A DNA stretch of 59,873 bases, counting the filler, from Candidatus Woesearchaeota archaeon (GTDB taxonomy: Archaea; Nanobdellota; Nanobdellia; Woesearchaeales; ARS49), in assembly GCA_016188265.1 (NCBI GenBank). It is 7 parts of 6 records of this genome, joined end to end, with 100 filler letters (N's around TTAATTAATTAA, not from the genome) between each part and the next. Parts side by side here need not be neighbours in the genome. Positions count along the whole stretch, not along the records: positions 45,290 to 51,504 come from JACPID010000008.1; positions 51,605 to 58,100 come from JACPID010000010.1; positions 58,201 to 59,873 come from JACPID010000001.1; 4 more parts are not named here. The stretch is one strand, 5' to 3'. The notes under the pieces are model-generated. The model worked only from the letters and a program-made list of their open reading frames with translations. It did no database searches and was not told the origin of the DNA. A program made the translations under genes and the position numbers. Below, in pieces: positions 50,207 through 58,784 of this stretch (position 1 is its first letter; the number at the start of each line of letters is the position of its first letter).

Positions 50207-50689
50207 TTATCTCTTATCATTTAATGCCCTCTGAAATTCCTTTCTAATCTCGTTTATCTTTTTTTCATTAAGCTTGATTAAGATTGACTTGCATTTTACT
50301 AAAAACTCAGGAGCATTCTTTACCATTTTATTGTATTGCTCATCTGAAACAGTCCTGTCAATGTAATATTGAGAATCTATTCTTGCCTTCAAAGAATCTT
50401 CTGTGAAATCAAGGTCTTCTTCGCTAAAAAATTCTCTGAGAAATCTCTTTGCGAACGCTATTGTACAGGAATGAATCTCACATTTTATGCCTATTTTTAT
50501 CAAAACTGAGTAAAGCGAAAAATAGAGGGTATAATATGCGGTTGAGATTTTCCAATCTTTTATTATATTTACCCTCATTGACTCTAATGCTTCTTCAGCT
50601 TTCTTGATATATGCCTCTGCAAGATTTGAATTTGGTTCAATTAAACCTAAACCTTCTTTCTTTCCAGCACACCATTTTATCTTATCCAT
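50207..50689 (-). CDS. HEPN domain protein
   Basis: AEAYIKKAEEAL, TAYYTLY, EIHSCT, RIDSQY; overlaps the upstream MNT gene. Confidence 0.85.
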   Translation of the reverse strand: MDKIKWCAGKKEGLGLIEPNSNLAEAYIKKAEEALESMRVNIIKDWKISTAYYTLYFSLYSVLIKIGIKCEIHSCTIAFAKRFLREFFSEEDLDFTEDSLKARIDSQYYIDRTVSDEQYNKMVKNAPEFLVKCKSILIKLNEKKINEIRKEFQRALNDKR

Positions 50690-51272
50690 ATTTCATCACC
50701 TTTTTAATAAACAGCTCTGTATTTTTAAAGATTATGTGGTTCTTTAATACTTCTTTTATTAGGATATCTTGGTTTACATTCTTCTCAAATGTTTTTAATG
50801 GATAACATTTTATGCTTATTTCAATCCCTAAATTTCTTGAAACTTTCTTGATTTCCTCTTTTTTATAGTCTCCCGCTACAAAAATGTCTAAATCAGATTC
50901 TTTGTTAGATATTCCTTTTGCATAACTCCCAAAAATAACGCCTATTCCATCAATAAAATTACCTATTTTTTCTATAACTTCTTTCACAAGAAGATTTTTT
51001 TCCATAAATGCTATTGATTTGTATTGCTCTACAAATATAAGATATCTATTGCTTAATTCGTTTATTTTTAATTTATAAGATTTTATTTTGCCCTTCACTT
51101 TTGATTCTATGATTCCTTTGTTTTCTAAATCTTCAAGAATTAGCTGTGCTGTTCGGGGGCTTATTTTAAGCAATTTTTCAACTTCTCTTATGTAATATTC
51201 TCTATCAAATCCATTTGTAAATAAAGAAATGATTTGTAAGCCATTCTCAGTAATGTTTATTTTATTATACAT
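50682..51272 (-). CDS. wHTH + minimal nucleotidyltransferase (MNT)
   Basis: N-terminal HTH (YIREVEKLLKISPRTAQ); IFGSYAKG...ESDLDIF. Confidence 0.88.
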   Translation of the reverse strand: MYNKINITENGLQIISLFTNGFDREYYIREVEKLLKISPRTAQLILEDLENKGIIESKVKGKIKSYKLKINELSNRYLIFVEQYKSIAFMEKNLLVKEVIEKIGNFIDGIGVIFGSYAKGISNKESDLDIFVAGDYKKEEIKKVSRNLGIEISIKCYPLKTFEKNVNQDILIKEVLKNHIIFKNTELFIKKVMKYG

Positions 51273-51273
51273 A

Positions 51274-51312
51274 TGTATTATTTAGAATACAGCTACTATT
51301 TAAATCTTTTTG
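51274..51312 (-). promoter_or_regulatory. Archaeal promoter with candidate operator for the MNT-HEPN operon
   Basis: Minus strand AAAAAGATTTAAATA (BRE/TATA) about 25 nt before ATG; inverted repeat TGTATT-N6-AATACA at 51274-51291. Confidence 0.5.
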
Positions 51313-51504
51313 TTTTCGTTTCGTCACACCATCCCCCGTTCGTCGTTTTTCTTTCTCGTTAAAATTGTCTCCTATCAGTTCGTGCCACTAAAATTTAATT
51401 GCGTATAACTATACATATATGCAAAGTGCTAGATTTTGGGGTTTTAGCCTTTTTTGGGCTTGGATTTTAAAACTCGCATGCGTATTTTCCGTATCTTTTT
51501 TGGA

Positions 51505-51604
51505 NNNNNNNNNNNNNNNNNNNNNNNNNNNNNNNNNNNNNNNNNNNNTTAATTAATTAANNNNNNNNNNNNNNNNNNNNNNNNNNNNNNNNNNNNNNNN
51601 NNNN
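51505..51604. other. Artificial contig linker
   Basis: 100 nt of N with TTAATTAATTAA. Confidence 0.99.
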
Positions 51605-51967
51605 AAAAAAAATATCGCCTTTATACTTTAGTTTTTTTCGTACTACACTTGGAACTCGTAATTTTTCAGTCATCCAAGAAGGAATTGCTTTTAAAAAACT
51701 TGGCAGTGATTTAGGAAACATTTCCAGATGCTGGCTTAACAAGCGCTCAAATTTAAGCAAAGGCTTTTCATAAAATCCAATATAATCAATTTCTTTGGAA
51801 GTAATTCCAGCACAGTCTAAACAAAATTTTATTGCATTTTCAGGAAAGCCAGTGTCATGTTTTTTTCTTGTAAAACGTTCTTCTTCAGCAGCAGCAATAA
51901 CTTTGCCATCCTTTAGCAAGCAAGCTGCAGAATCATGATAAAAACAAGATATTCCTAAAACATACAT
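51605..51967 (-). CDS. O-carbamoyltransferase N-terminus (same gene as 5344-7872)
   Basis: MYVLGISCFYHDSAACL...AAEEERFTRKKHD; 51605-51745 is the exact reverse complement of 5344-5484. Confidence 0.95.
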
Positions 51968-51977
51968 TTCTTTTCAC

Positions 51978-52220
51978 CTAGAACAACCTATAATATTCAT
52001 TTTTTTGTTTAGTTGTTGATTGTTCATTTATCCAGTAACTATCTCTGCTTTCTTTATTTATCGCAAGAAATGTTTTTTTAAAAATTCTTTTTGCAATTAA
52101 AGAAGTAAGCCCTATGCTAATAAAATAAACTACAGTTAAAAGAATAATGTTAATTACAGTTTGGACAGCTAAGCTGAACTTTTTAAGCGCTTTATGCAGC
52201 GCTTTTAATCCTCTCATCAT
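51978..52220 (-). CDS. SxtJ-like small membrane protein
   Basis: INIILLTVVYFISIGLTSL...DSYWI...YYRLF pattern; directly upstream of the carbamoyltransferase. Confidence 0.75.
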   Translation of the reverse strand: MMRGLKALHKALKKFSLAVQTVINIILLTVVYFISIGLTSLIAKRIFKKTFLAINKESRDSYWINEQSTTKQKNEYYRLF

Positions 52221-52274
52221 AATAATGGAATTAACTGGGTTGATTTTTAAGTTTTTTGCATCTGCAGTTATATT

Positions 52275-53351
52275 TTATTTAACGTCAACAACAATGATTC
52301 CTTCTTTTTCTTTAACATCTTTAATTTCAGGCAGTTCTTTTAATTTTTTTCTATCTTTGATGGATTTTGCTTTGTCTAAAATTTCTTTAATTTCTTGGTA
52401 TTTTTTATAAATGTATTCTGCTTTTTTCTGATTTTCTTCTATTTCTTGAACAATATTTTTTTCTTGCATTTCCTGAATTTCAATTCTTTTTTGTATTTGC
52501 TCAATTTTCTCATCATATTGGCTTTTTATTTTTTTAACTTTTTTAATTAAAACACTATCTATTGCTTCAGAAAACGTTGGAAATTCTAATTTAGAATAAA
52601 CTTCATATAATTTTAATTTAAATGGAACAATATCAATGACTTCTTCTTTTTCGTTTATTACGCTATTTTCTCTTTCTTTTAATAAATCATTTAAAGAATT
52701 GAAGCAAAGTTCTGCATTTTTTTTATTAACTGCTGCATTTTTGCCTAGATCAGCTCTAATGCACACTTCTTCAGAATAAGCTCCTCCAAGACCAAATTCT
52801 ACAGCCAATGTTTTTGATACATTGTCTTTTGATGAAATAAATTTTGAAATAAATTCTTTTTTATCAAGTTCAAAAACTGATTGTTTTTTTTTCAATATGT
52901 ATTTTTCACCTTGTTCTACAACTCTATCAGCCCATTTTTGCTTTTCTTCCACTTGGATTATTTTTTTTTCAGCATCAGTTAAAATTGTGTTTCCTTTGCT
53001 GAACAATTCTATAATAAGAATGTATTCTTTGTCTTTTTTTGTTAAATTGATTTCAACCACTCTTTCAGAACCGAGTTGTTCTATTTTTTTTATAAAACTC
53101 CCTTCAAGCAATCTTCTTAATGACATTACAAAAGAAGAAGCTTTTTCAGGAGCTTCTGGCTTAGATTCGCTCAACCATAAAAATGGGTGTTCATAACGTA
53201 GAAATCTTTTTCCAACACCTGTTTTGTAAAGTTCTATTATGATTTGTTTTTTGTCAGGATTATAAATTTTGCCAACTCTAGCGCCTGTTATTTTTTGAAA
53301 TTCTTCAATAAGTACATGAAGTTCTATGGATGAAAGTGATGATTTTCTCAT
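52275..53351 (-). CDS. Rqc2/NFACT protein, N-terminal NFACT-N/HhH/coiled-coil part only
   Basis: LSSIEL, SFVMSLRRLLEG, SERVV, LIIELFSKGN.IL, GLGGAYSEEVC; natural stop at 358 aa. Confidence 0.85.
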   Translation of the reverse strand: MRKSSLSSIELHVLIEEFQKITGARVGKIYNPDKKQIIIELYKTGVGKRFLRYEHPFLWLSESKPEAPEKASSFVMSLRRLLEGSFIKKIEQLGSERVVEINLTKKDKEYILIIELFSKGNTILTDAEKKIIQVEEKQKWADRVVEQGEKYILKKKQSVFELDKKEFISKFISSKDNVSKTLAVEFGLGGAYSEEVCIRADLGKNAAVNKKNAELCFNSLNDLLKERENSVINEKEEVIDIVPFKLKLYEVYSKLEFPTFSEAIDSVLIKKVKKIKSQYDEKIEQIQKRIEIQEMQEKNIVQEIEENQKKAEYIYKKYQEIKEILDKAKSIKDRKKLKELPEIKDVKEKEGIIVVDVK

Positions 53352-53372
53352 TTTTGTAAACGTGCATATAGT

Positions 53373-53723
53373 TTATGAACCTAGGCCTATTAAAGAAACT
53401 CCTAACATTATAAATAATATGCTTATCCATTTGAGAGTGCTCATTTTTTCTCCTAAAAACTTAATTGAAAGAAGACTAACAAGAACATAACTTAACGACA
53501 CTAAAGGATACAACACAGATAATTCTCCACCTCTTAGTGCCGGGATAAATACTGCTGCAGATGTAACATATAGTGTAATGCCAAATTGCAATTTATGATT
53601 TTTAAGTTGTTTAAATATGTTTCGATTAAGTTTTGAAGCGCCTTTTTTTAATAAAATAGGCCCAAAAGCTCCTATGCATATTCCTAAAAGCACTAATCCA
53701 ACAGACCATAATTGTGTTGTCAT
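53373..53723 (-). CDS. SMR/EamA (ArnE/ArnF-like) 4-TM transporter subunit
   Basis: LLKKG, ALRGGELSVLYP, FLGEK. Confidence 0.85.
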   Translation of the reverse strand: MTTQLWSVGLVLLGICIGAFGPILLKKGASKLNRNIFKQLKNHKLQFGITLYVTSAAVFIPALRGGELSVLYPLVSLSYVLVSLLSIKFLGEKMSTLKWISILFIMLGVSLIGLGS

Positions 53724-54088
53724 AATATTACCTCTGTCTTCTGAGACTGCTGGCTTGCATAGCCCATAGTGCTAATTCCTATCATTATCAGAATAACTCC
53801 TAACCATCTTAGTAATGGTATTTTTTCATTTAAGAAAAGAATTGCAAGAATATTAACCCAAACATAACTGGTGGCAATTATTGGATAAAGTATTGTTACA
53901 TCTCCACCTCTAAGTGCTAGAATAAAAATAATTGCTCCAACTCCATACAAAGCGCATCCTATTATTAATGGTGTATTTGTAAGTAAATTCGGCAATAGCG
54001 CTGAGCCTTTTTTTAAAAAGATTTGAGCTGTTGAAGTAAAAATTGTACAAATAAGTATAAGTACAATTGCCCAAAATTTTGTTTGCAT
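53720..54088 (-). CDS. SMR/EamA (ArnE/ArnF-like) 4-TM transporter subunit
   Basis: AQIFLKKG, ALRGGDVTILYP, FLNEK; paralog of the adjacent gene. Confidence 0.85.
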   Translation of the reverse strand: MQTKFWAIVLILICTIFTSTAQIFLKKGSALLPNLLTNTPLIIGCALYGVGAIIFILALRGGDVTILYPIIATSYVWVNILAILFLNEKIPLLRWLGVILIMIGISTMGYASQQSQKTEVIL

Positions 54089-54089
54089 A

Positions 54090-55700
54090 TTATTTTTCCT
54101 CTGTTAAGTATTTTAATATTTCTGCATAAGCAGGGCGGGTGATTAAAACACCAATAGTTATTCCAGCTATTGTAGTAATTGCAAATCCTTTCAATAGGCC
54201 TGCTCCAAAATACCAAAGAGGTACCATGGCTGCAAATGTTGTAAAGTAAGCTGCCATTATTATGAAAAATGCACGTTTGATGCTCTGCTTCCAAGAGCGC
54301 ATATATTTTTCAGTTTCTTTTTCTTTTCTTAAAATTTCATCAGTGAAAACAATCAAATCATCAACACCAGTGCCAACGCTTGCAATTATTCCTGCTATCG
54401 AAGCTAAATCCATATTCCATCCGATAAATGCTGCAAATCCTAGAATTAGTAAAATTTCAATTGATTGGATTATAAACAAAGGAACTATGATTTCTAATTT
54501 TTTGTAAACAAAAGAAACGATTATAGTTACTGCAATCATTGCTACAAATCCCATTATAAATGCATTTTTAATAAACGATTTTCCAAGTATTGGTGATATG
54601 CTATCACTTTTAACAATTTCAAGCTTAGTTGGTAAACTGCCAGTTTGTAGAACAGTTTGTAATTTTTTCATATCATTTAATGCATTTTCTTTTGCTTCAT
54701 TGTATGTTGATCCAGTGCCGCTTCCAGAAATAACAATAGTTGTTTCTGCTCTTCCTTTAAGACTTTCAGAAATATCAAGCCTATCTACTTCTTTGCTGTC
54801 CAGATAAAATACTATTTGCTCGCTCAAATATCTTCCGCTATTTTTTGTAACTAAAGGTATGTTTTTAGTAATATCTGCTTGTTGTTGCGCAGCATTTGGG
54901 CTTAGAATTATGTGAAAAAAGAATCCACATACATAATTATTTTCTACTTTTTGACAGCCTCTGTTAGGATCAATACCGCTGCATTCTGCGCGATCACGGC
55001 AAACATAATTAACACTGTCGCTTCCGCCTACAAATGCTGTTTTGTTGGCAATAACTGCTTCAAATTTTCCTTGTTTTGCTAAAAGATCATGGATTTCATC
55101 TTCACTTGCACCCGCAATCTCAACAAGAATCAAGCGCTCTTCTCCAAGTGTTGCAACTTCGCTTATAGCCAGGTCTGCTAATCCATACACGTTTAATCTT
55201 TCTTTCAAATTATCAATTATGTACTTTATTTGTTCTTGCGTTAATTCTTCTTGAGGTTTTAATATTATTCTTGTTCCGCCAGCAAGATCCAGTCCTTTTC
55301 TTATATTTGAAGTAGGCGCTTCAATAATTTTTAAGCCAATATCTTCTATTCCGACAACTTCTTTTTCAACAAATTTTGGTTTTACAGTTAAACGATATAA
55401 TTTTTTATTTGTTTTGAGTTGAATGCTTTGATTTAATGAAAATGTTTTTACAACTTCAAAATAATCCTGCACACTCGATATTTCTTTATCATCTATTTTA
55501 AGAATTCTTTCTAGTTTTGTAGGTAATTTTGATTCTATGGCAAAGCCTGCTTCACTAGCAGCACTGTTTGAAATAACTGCTGAAATAGCAACGCCTTCAA
55601 CATTAAAACTTGGCTTAATTACTAATAAAGAAACTATGAGTGAGATAATTAAGATAATTATTTTCCAATTTGTAAATAATTCTTTAAATTTGCTTGCCAT
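54090..55700 (-). CDS. secD: Protein translocase subunit SecD
   Basis: GLDLAGG, RLNVYGL, GSLP, SIAGII..VGTGVDD, GFAITT. Confidence 0.92.
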   Translation of the reverse strand: MASKFKELFTNWKIIILIISLIVSLLVIKPSFNVEGVAISAVISNSAASEAGFAIESKLPTKLERILKIDDKEISSVQDYFEVVKTFSLNQSIQLKTNKKLYRLTVKPKFVEKEVVGIEDIGLKIIEAPTSNIRKGLDLAGGTRIILKPQEELTQEQIKYIIDNLKERLNVYGLADLAISEVATLGEERLILVEIAGASEDEIHDLLAKQGKFEAVIANKTAFVGGSDSVNYVCRDRAECSGIDPNRGCQKVENNYVCGFFFHIILSPNAAQQQADITKNIPLVTKNSGRYLSEQIVFYLDSKEVDRLDISESLKGRAETTIVISGSGTGSTYNEAKENALNDMKKLQTVLQTGSLPTKLEIVKSDSISPILGKSFIKNAFIMGFVAMIAVTIIVSFVYKKLEIIVPLFIIQSIEILLILGFAAFIGWNMDLASIAGIIASVGTGVDDLIVFTDEILRKEKETEKYMRSWKQSIKRAFFIIMAAYFTTFAAMVPLWYFGAGLLKGFAITTIAGITIGVLITRPAYAEILKYLTEEK

Positions 55701-56577
55701 TTTTCTTCTCTAAATACCAGCGTAAAATCCCTGCATTTTGAATCCAGGTGTTGTAAATGTCTGCTGTTAACCCTACTAATATAATGAACATTATTTGTTT
55801 AATTGTTTCAGATGATGTTAAAAAATATCCAATCATTACTGCAACAATTGATGTTCCAGTCATAGTCAATCCTGTTTTCATTGCACTGATTGTTTTTTCA
55901 AGAACAGTTCCTTCTTTACGCTTCATTACTCTTGTTGTAAGAAGTACATCAGTATCCACAGAATAACCAATCAGCATAAGAAAAGCTGCAATGCCTGCAG
56001 TGCTAAGCTTAATCTCTGCAATAGAAACAACTGCAAGTGTTGTTACTATACTTGATAATGCTGAAAGAATAACAAATAACGAAGGAACAAATTCTCTGAA
56101 TGTTATAAATACAACAACTGACATTGCAATAAATGCAAAAATCATTGCATAAATTGTTTGGCGGAAAAAACTTTCTCCGAGCCTGCTTCCAATTGTTTGA
56201 GTTGTATAATGCGGTTTTTCAAGTTTAAATCCTTCTTCAGCTAATGCTTCAATTAATTTTTCTTCGCTGCCTTCTGTTGATTCAATTATTATTTCCTTCT
56301 GAACTCCTAATTCAGTTATACTTCTTACAGAAATATCTTTATTTTCAAGTTTGTATTGAAGAGTTTTTTCTAAATCTGCAGTATTAATATTTTCATTTGC
56401 TGCAAATGATAATTCAAGCCCTCCTTTTAAGCTAATGCCTCTTTCCACAACATTGCCGGTTATGTTATATTTTAAAAAAAGAAATAAAAGAGATGTAAAA
56501 AAAATCAAAAGAGTTATAATAAGAAGAGTTTTATATTTTTTATCATAAATGTTAAACAATGTTTCTTTTAAGCTCAT
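55684..56577 (-). CDS. secF: Protein translocase subunit SecF
   Basis: GISLKGG, AAFLMLIGYSVDTDVLLT, TWIQNAGIL. Confidence 0.92.
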   Translation of the reverse strand: MSLKETLFNIYDKKYKTLLIITLLIFFTSLLFLFLKYNITGNVVERGISLKGGLELSFAANENINTADLEKTLQYKLENKDISVRSITELGVQKEIIIESTEGSEEKLIEALAEEGFKLEKPHYTTQTIGSRLGESFFRQTIYAMIFAFIAMSVVVFITFREFVPSLFVILSALSSIVTTLAVVSIAEIKLSTAGIAAFLMLIGYSVDTDVLLTTRVMKRKEGTVLEKTISAMKTGLTMTGTSIVAVMIGYFLTSSETIKQIMFIILVGLTADIYNTWIQNAGILRWYLEKKNGKQI

Positions 56578-56614
56578 CTTTAATCAAGACAAAAGATTGG
56601 TTTATAAAAGTTTC

Positions 56615-57217
56615 TTAGAACATTCTGCTTATAGTATAGTACACACCCTCATATACTTGCATTCCATCGAAGAATGGTATTGGGAGCATGTTGAATAAAA
56701 ATAACAATCCATTTATTTTTTTCGTAATATGCAATAATAATTGAGTTTTAATGCTTAGTTTTCTTTTATATTTGATAATAAGATGGCTTAATAAGTAAAG
56801 AATTCCATTTGTTGCAGGCCCTGCAAATGCAATGATTGAATGCTGCAATGGTGTTATGAATCCTGAACTAATGCTTACATATCCCGGTACAAAAAATATG
56901 AATGTTGATCCTATCATTTTTAAAAAAATTCCTAAAAGCAACCACCCGTATGCAGCATGAAATGTTGCAGACAATCCAAAGAATATTGCTACAAGTTTAT
57001 GAAGCAATTCATGAAAAATTATTGCAGGAGCTGTAACATAACAAGAAAATTTGAAAGAACTCCAATCAAAACCACCGGAATAATTTTGGTGCAGTGCTCG
57101 ACGAGGCGGCATTTTGAAAAAATCCATGAAAATATATCCTACAGCAACAGTCATTGCAATAACATCAATAATTTCCTGAACAGATATTATCATAGTCATA
57201 CTGAATGGTTTTAACAT
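56615..57217 (-). CDS. Peptidase M50 family membrane metalloprotease
   Basis: HELLH, AGP, NMLPIPFFDG. Confidence 0.88.
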   Translation of the reverse strand: MLKPFSMTMIISVQEIIDVIAMTVAVGYIFMDFFKMPPRRALHQNYSGGFDWSSFKFSCYVTAPAIIFHELLHKLVAIFFGLSATFHAAYGWLLLGIFLKMIGSTFIFFVPGYVSISSGFITPLQHSIIAFAGPATNGILYLLSHLIIKYKRKLSIKTQLLLHITKKINGLLFLFNMLPIPFFDGMQVYEGVYYTISRMF

Positions 57218-57252
57218 AAAAAATTTTTTGATTAAAACTATTAGAAAAAATT

Positions 57253-57277
57253 AACTGCCCCTTTATGAGGCAGTCAA
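57253..57277 (-). terminator. Stem-loop downstream of the basic peptide gene
   Basis: ACTGCC...GGCAGT stem followed by a T-run on the minus strand. Confidence 0.45.
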
Positions 57278-57288
57278 AGTGCACCAGA

Positions 57289-57378
57289 CTACCTGCGCTT
57301 CTTACTTCGCGCTGATTTTTTCTTGGTGGCTTTTCTCTTTGCTGGCTTTCTTGATTTCTTTGATTTTTTCTTTGCCAT
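57289..57378 (-). CDS. 29-aa Lys/Arg-rich basic peptide (absent from ORF track)
   Basis: GAGGTG RBS at 57388-57393; MAKKKSKKSRKPAKRKATKKKSARSKKRR*. Confidence 0.75.
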   Translation of the reverse strand: MAKKKSKKSRKPAKRKATKKKSARSKKRR

Positions 57379-57532
57379 TTTATATCGCACCTCTTTTGAA
57401 TTGGTTTTTAATATTAATAAATTTTATTCTATTTAAATGTTACTGATAATTTTAGAATTTTTTTGTGGCAAAAATAATATTTTAGCTTAATTACAACAAT
57501 TTTTTATACAACTTGTACTTTTTCTCTTCTAA

Positions 57533-57889
57533 ATGACATCACTTGTTGTATGTATGAGCAGTGGAAAAGGAACATGGTCAAATATTTATTCTTTGATTAA
57601 ATTTCAAGATTGGGAAAATATATTTATAATAACTCAGACTTTTTTCAAAGATAAAATAAAACTTGAAAAACCGCACAATCTAATTGTTATTGATGAAACT
57701 GAAACAATTCAGTCGATAATAGCTCAGCTTACTGAAAATTTTAAAGATAAACTTGTTGGAGATGTTGCTGTGAACATGATTTCAGGAACTGGAAAAGAGC
57801 ATACTGCGCTTTTAATCTCATTGTTTAAGATTGGTGTAGGAATTAGATTTATTGAAGCAACAGAACAAGGAATTAATGAAATATGGTAG
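57533..57889 (+). CDS. Conserved hypothetical protein
   Basis: 118 aa, SSGKGTW...ISGTGKEH...GVGIRF. Confidence 0.7.
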   Translation: MTSLVVCMSSGKGTWSNIYSLIKFQDWENIFIITQTFFKDKIKLEKPHNLIVIDETETIQSIIAQLTENFKDKLVGDVAVNMISGTGKEHTALLISLFKIGVGIRFIEATEQGINEIW

Positions 57890-57904
57890 TTATTTTTGTA
57901 GCAT

Positions 57905-58100
57905 TTATTCTACTGATGACATGTAAACTCTAAATCCGCTTTTTATCTCAACTGTTTTAACATTTTGAAAAACATTTTTCATTTTTTCTTCAAAACTTTT
58001 GCCGCCTTTTTGATGGCGTGCAACAACAAATAATCTGCCGTTCTTTTTTAAATGCTGTTTTGCTTGTTCTATCATTGAAAAACAAACTTTTTTCCCTGCT
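57905..58100 (-). CDS. RsmC/MTS-family small methyltransferase, C-terminal fragment
   Basis: Manual translation AGKKVCFSMIEQAKQHLKKNGRLFVVARHQKGGKSFEEKMKNVFQNVKTVEIKSGFRVYMS. Confidence 0.75.
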
Positions 58101-58200
58101 NNNNNNNNNNNNNNNNNNNNNNNNNNNNNNNNNNNNNNNNNNNNTTAATTAATTAANNNNNNNNNNNNNNNNNNNNNNNNNNNNNNNNNNNNNNNNNNNN
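58101..58200. other. Artificial contig linker
   Basis: 100 nt of N with TTAATTAATTAA. Confidence 0.99.
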
Positions 58201-58746
58201 AGACACATGGGCAAGATTTGTGATCTTTATGGAGATAAACCTGTTGCAGTAATTACTTCATTTGGTACAGCGCTAATACCTTTAGCGTTTTTGTTGGCTT
58301 TGAAATTCGGCGCTTGGTTTGTTATTCCAGCACAATTATTATCTGGATTAGTATGGGCTGGATGGGATATTGTTGTTGTAAATCTTTTACTTGATCTTAC
58401 TGATTCTAAGAAAAGAGCAGTTGTATCTGCTGAATTTCAAACAATGCAATCAATACCACTAATAATAGCTCCGGTAATTGGAGGTTATATCGCAGATAGT
58501 GTTGTTTTAGTTTTGAGTGGAATCCCTCTAGTTTTTGCAATAAGTTGTGTCTTTAGGTCTTTAAGCCCGTTATTTATATTAGGGCTTAAAGAGCCTAGAG
58601 CAAAGCATGAATATGGAATATTCTATGTTCTAAAAAGAACAATCTCCATTCACCCAATGGACGAAGTGCATTATTTAACGCATGTAACTGCGCTTGAATT
58701 AAAAGAAATGATTGCACTGCCTTTGAAGTTGGTTAAGAAGAAATAA
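58201..58746 (+). CDS. MFS transporter, C-terminal part
   Basis: GKICDLYGDK (motif A-like), APVIGGYIAD, hydrophobic helices. Confidence 0.8.
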   Translation, partial: RHMGKICDLYGDKPVAVITSFGTALIPLAFLLALKFGAWFVIPAQLLSGLVWAGWDIVVVNLLLDLTDSKKRAVVSAEFQTMQSIPLIIAPVIGGYIADSVVLVLSGIPLVFAISCVFRSLSPLFILGLKEPRAKHEYGIFYVLKRTISIHPMDEVHYLTHVTALELKEMIALPLKLVKKK

Positions 58747-58784
58747 CTTCATCAATTCAAGAGTGCAAATTAGAAGTGTTTTAA

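Larger units (their letters stand above)
45433..51409 (-). mobile_element. Candidate integron-type gene cassette
   Basis: Bounded by GTTATACGC (45433-45441) and its exact complement GCGTATAAC (51401-51409), plus 16-bp and 14-bp inverted blocks; cargo MNT-HEPN-helicase. Confidence 0.6.

Noticed and set aside
5244..58200. Six recurring TTAATTAATTAA motifs within N runs
   Set aside because: Artificial all-frame-stop contig linkers, not biological repeats
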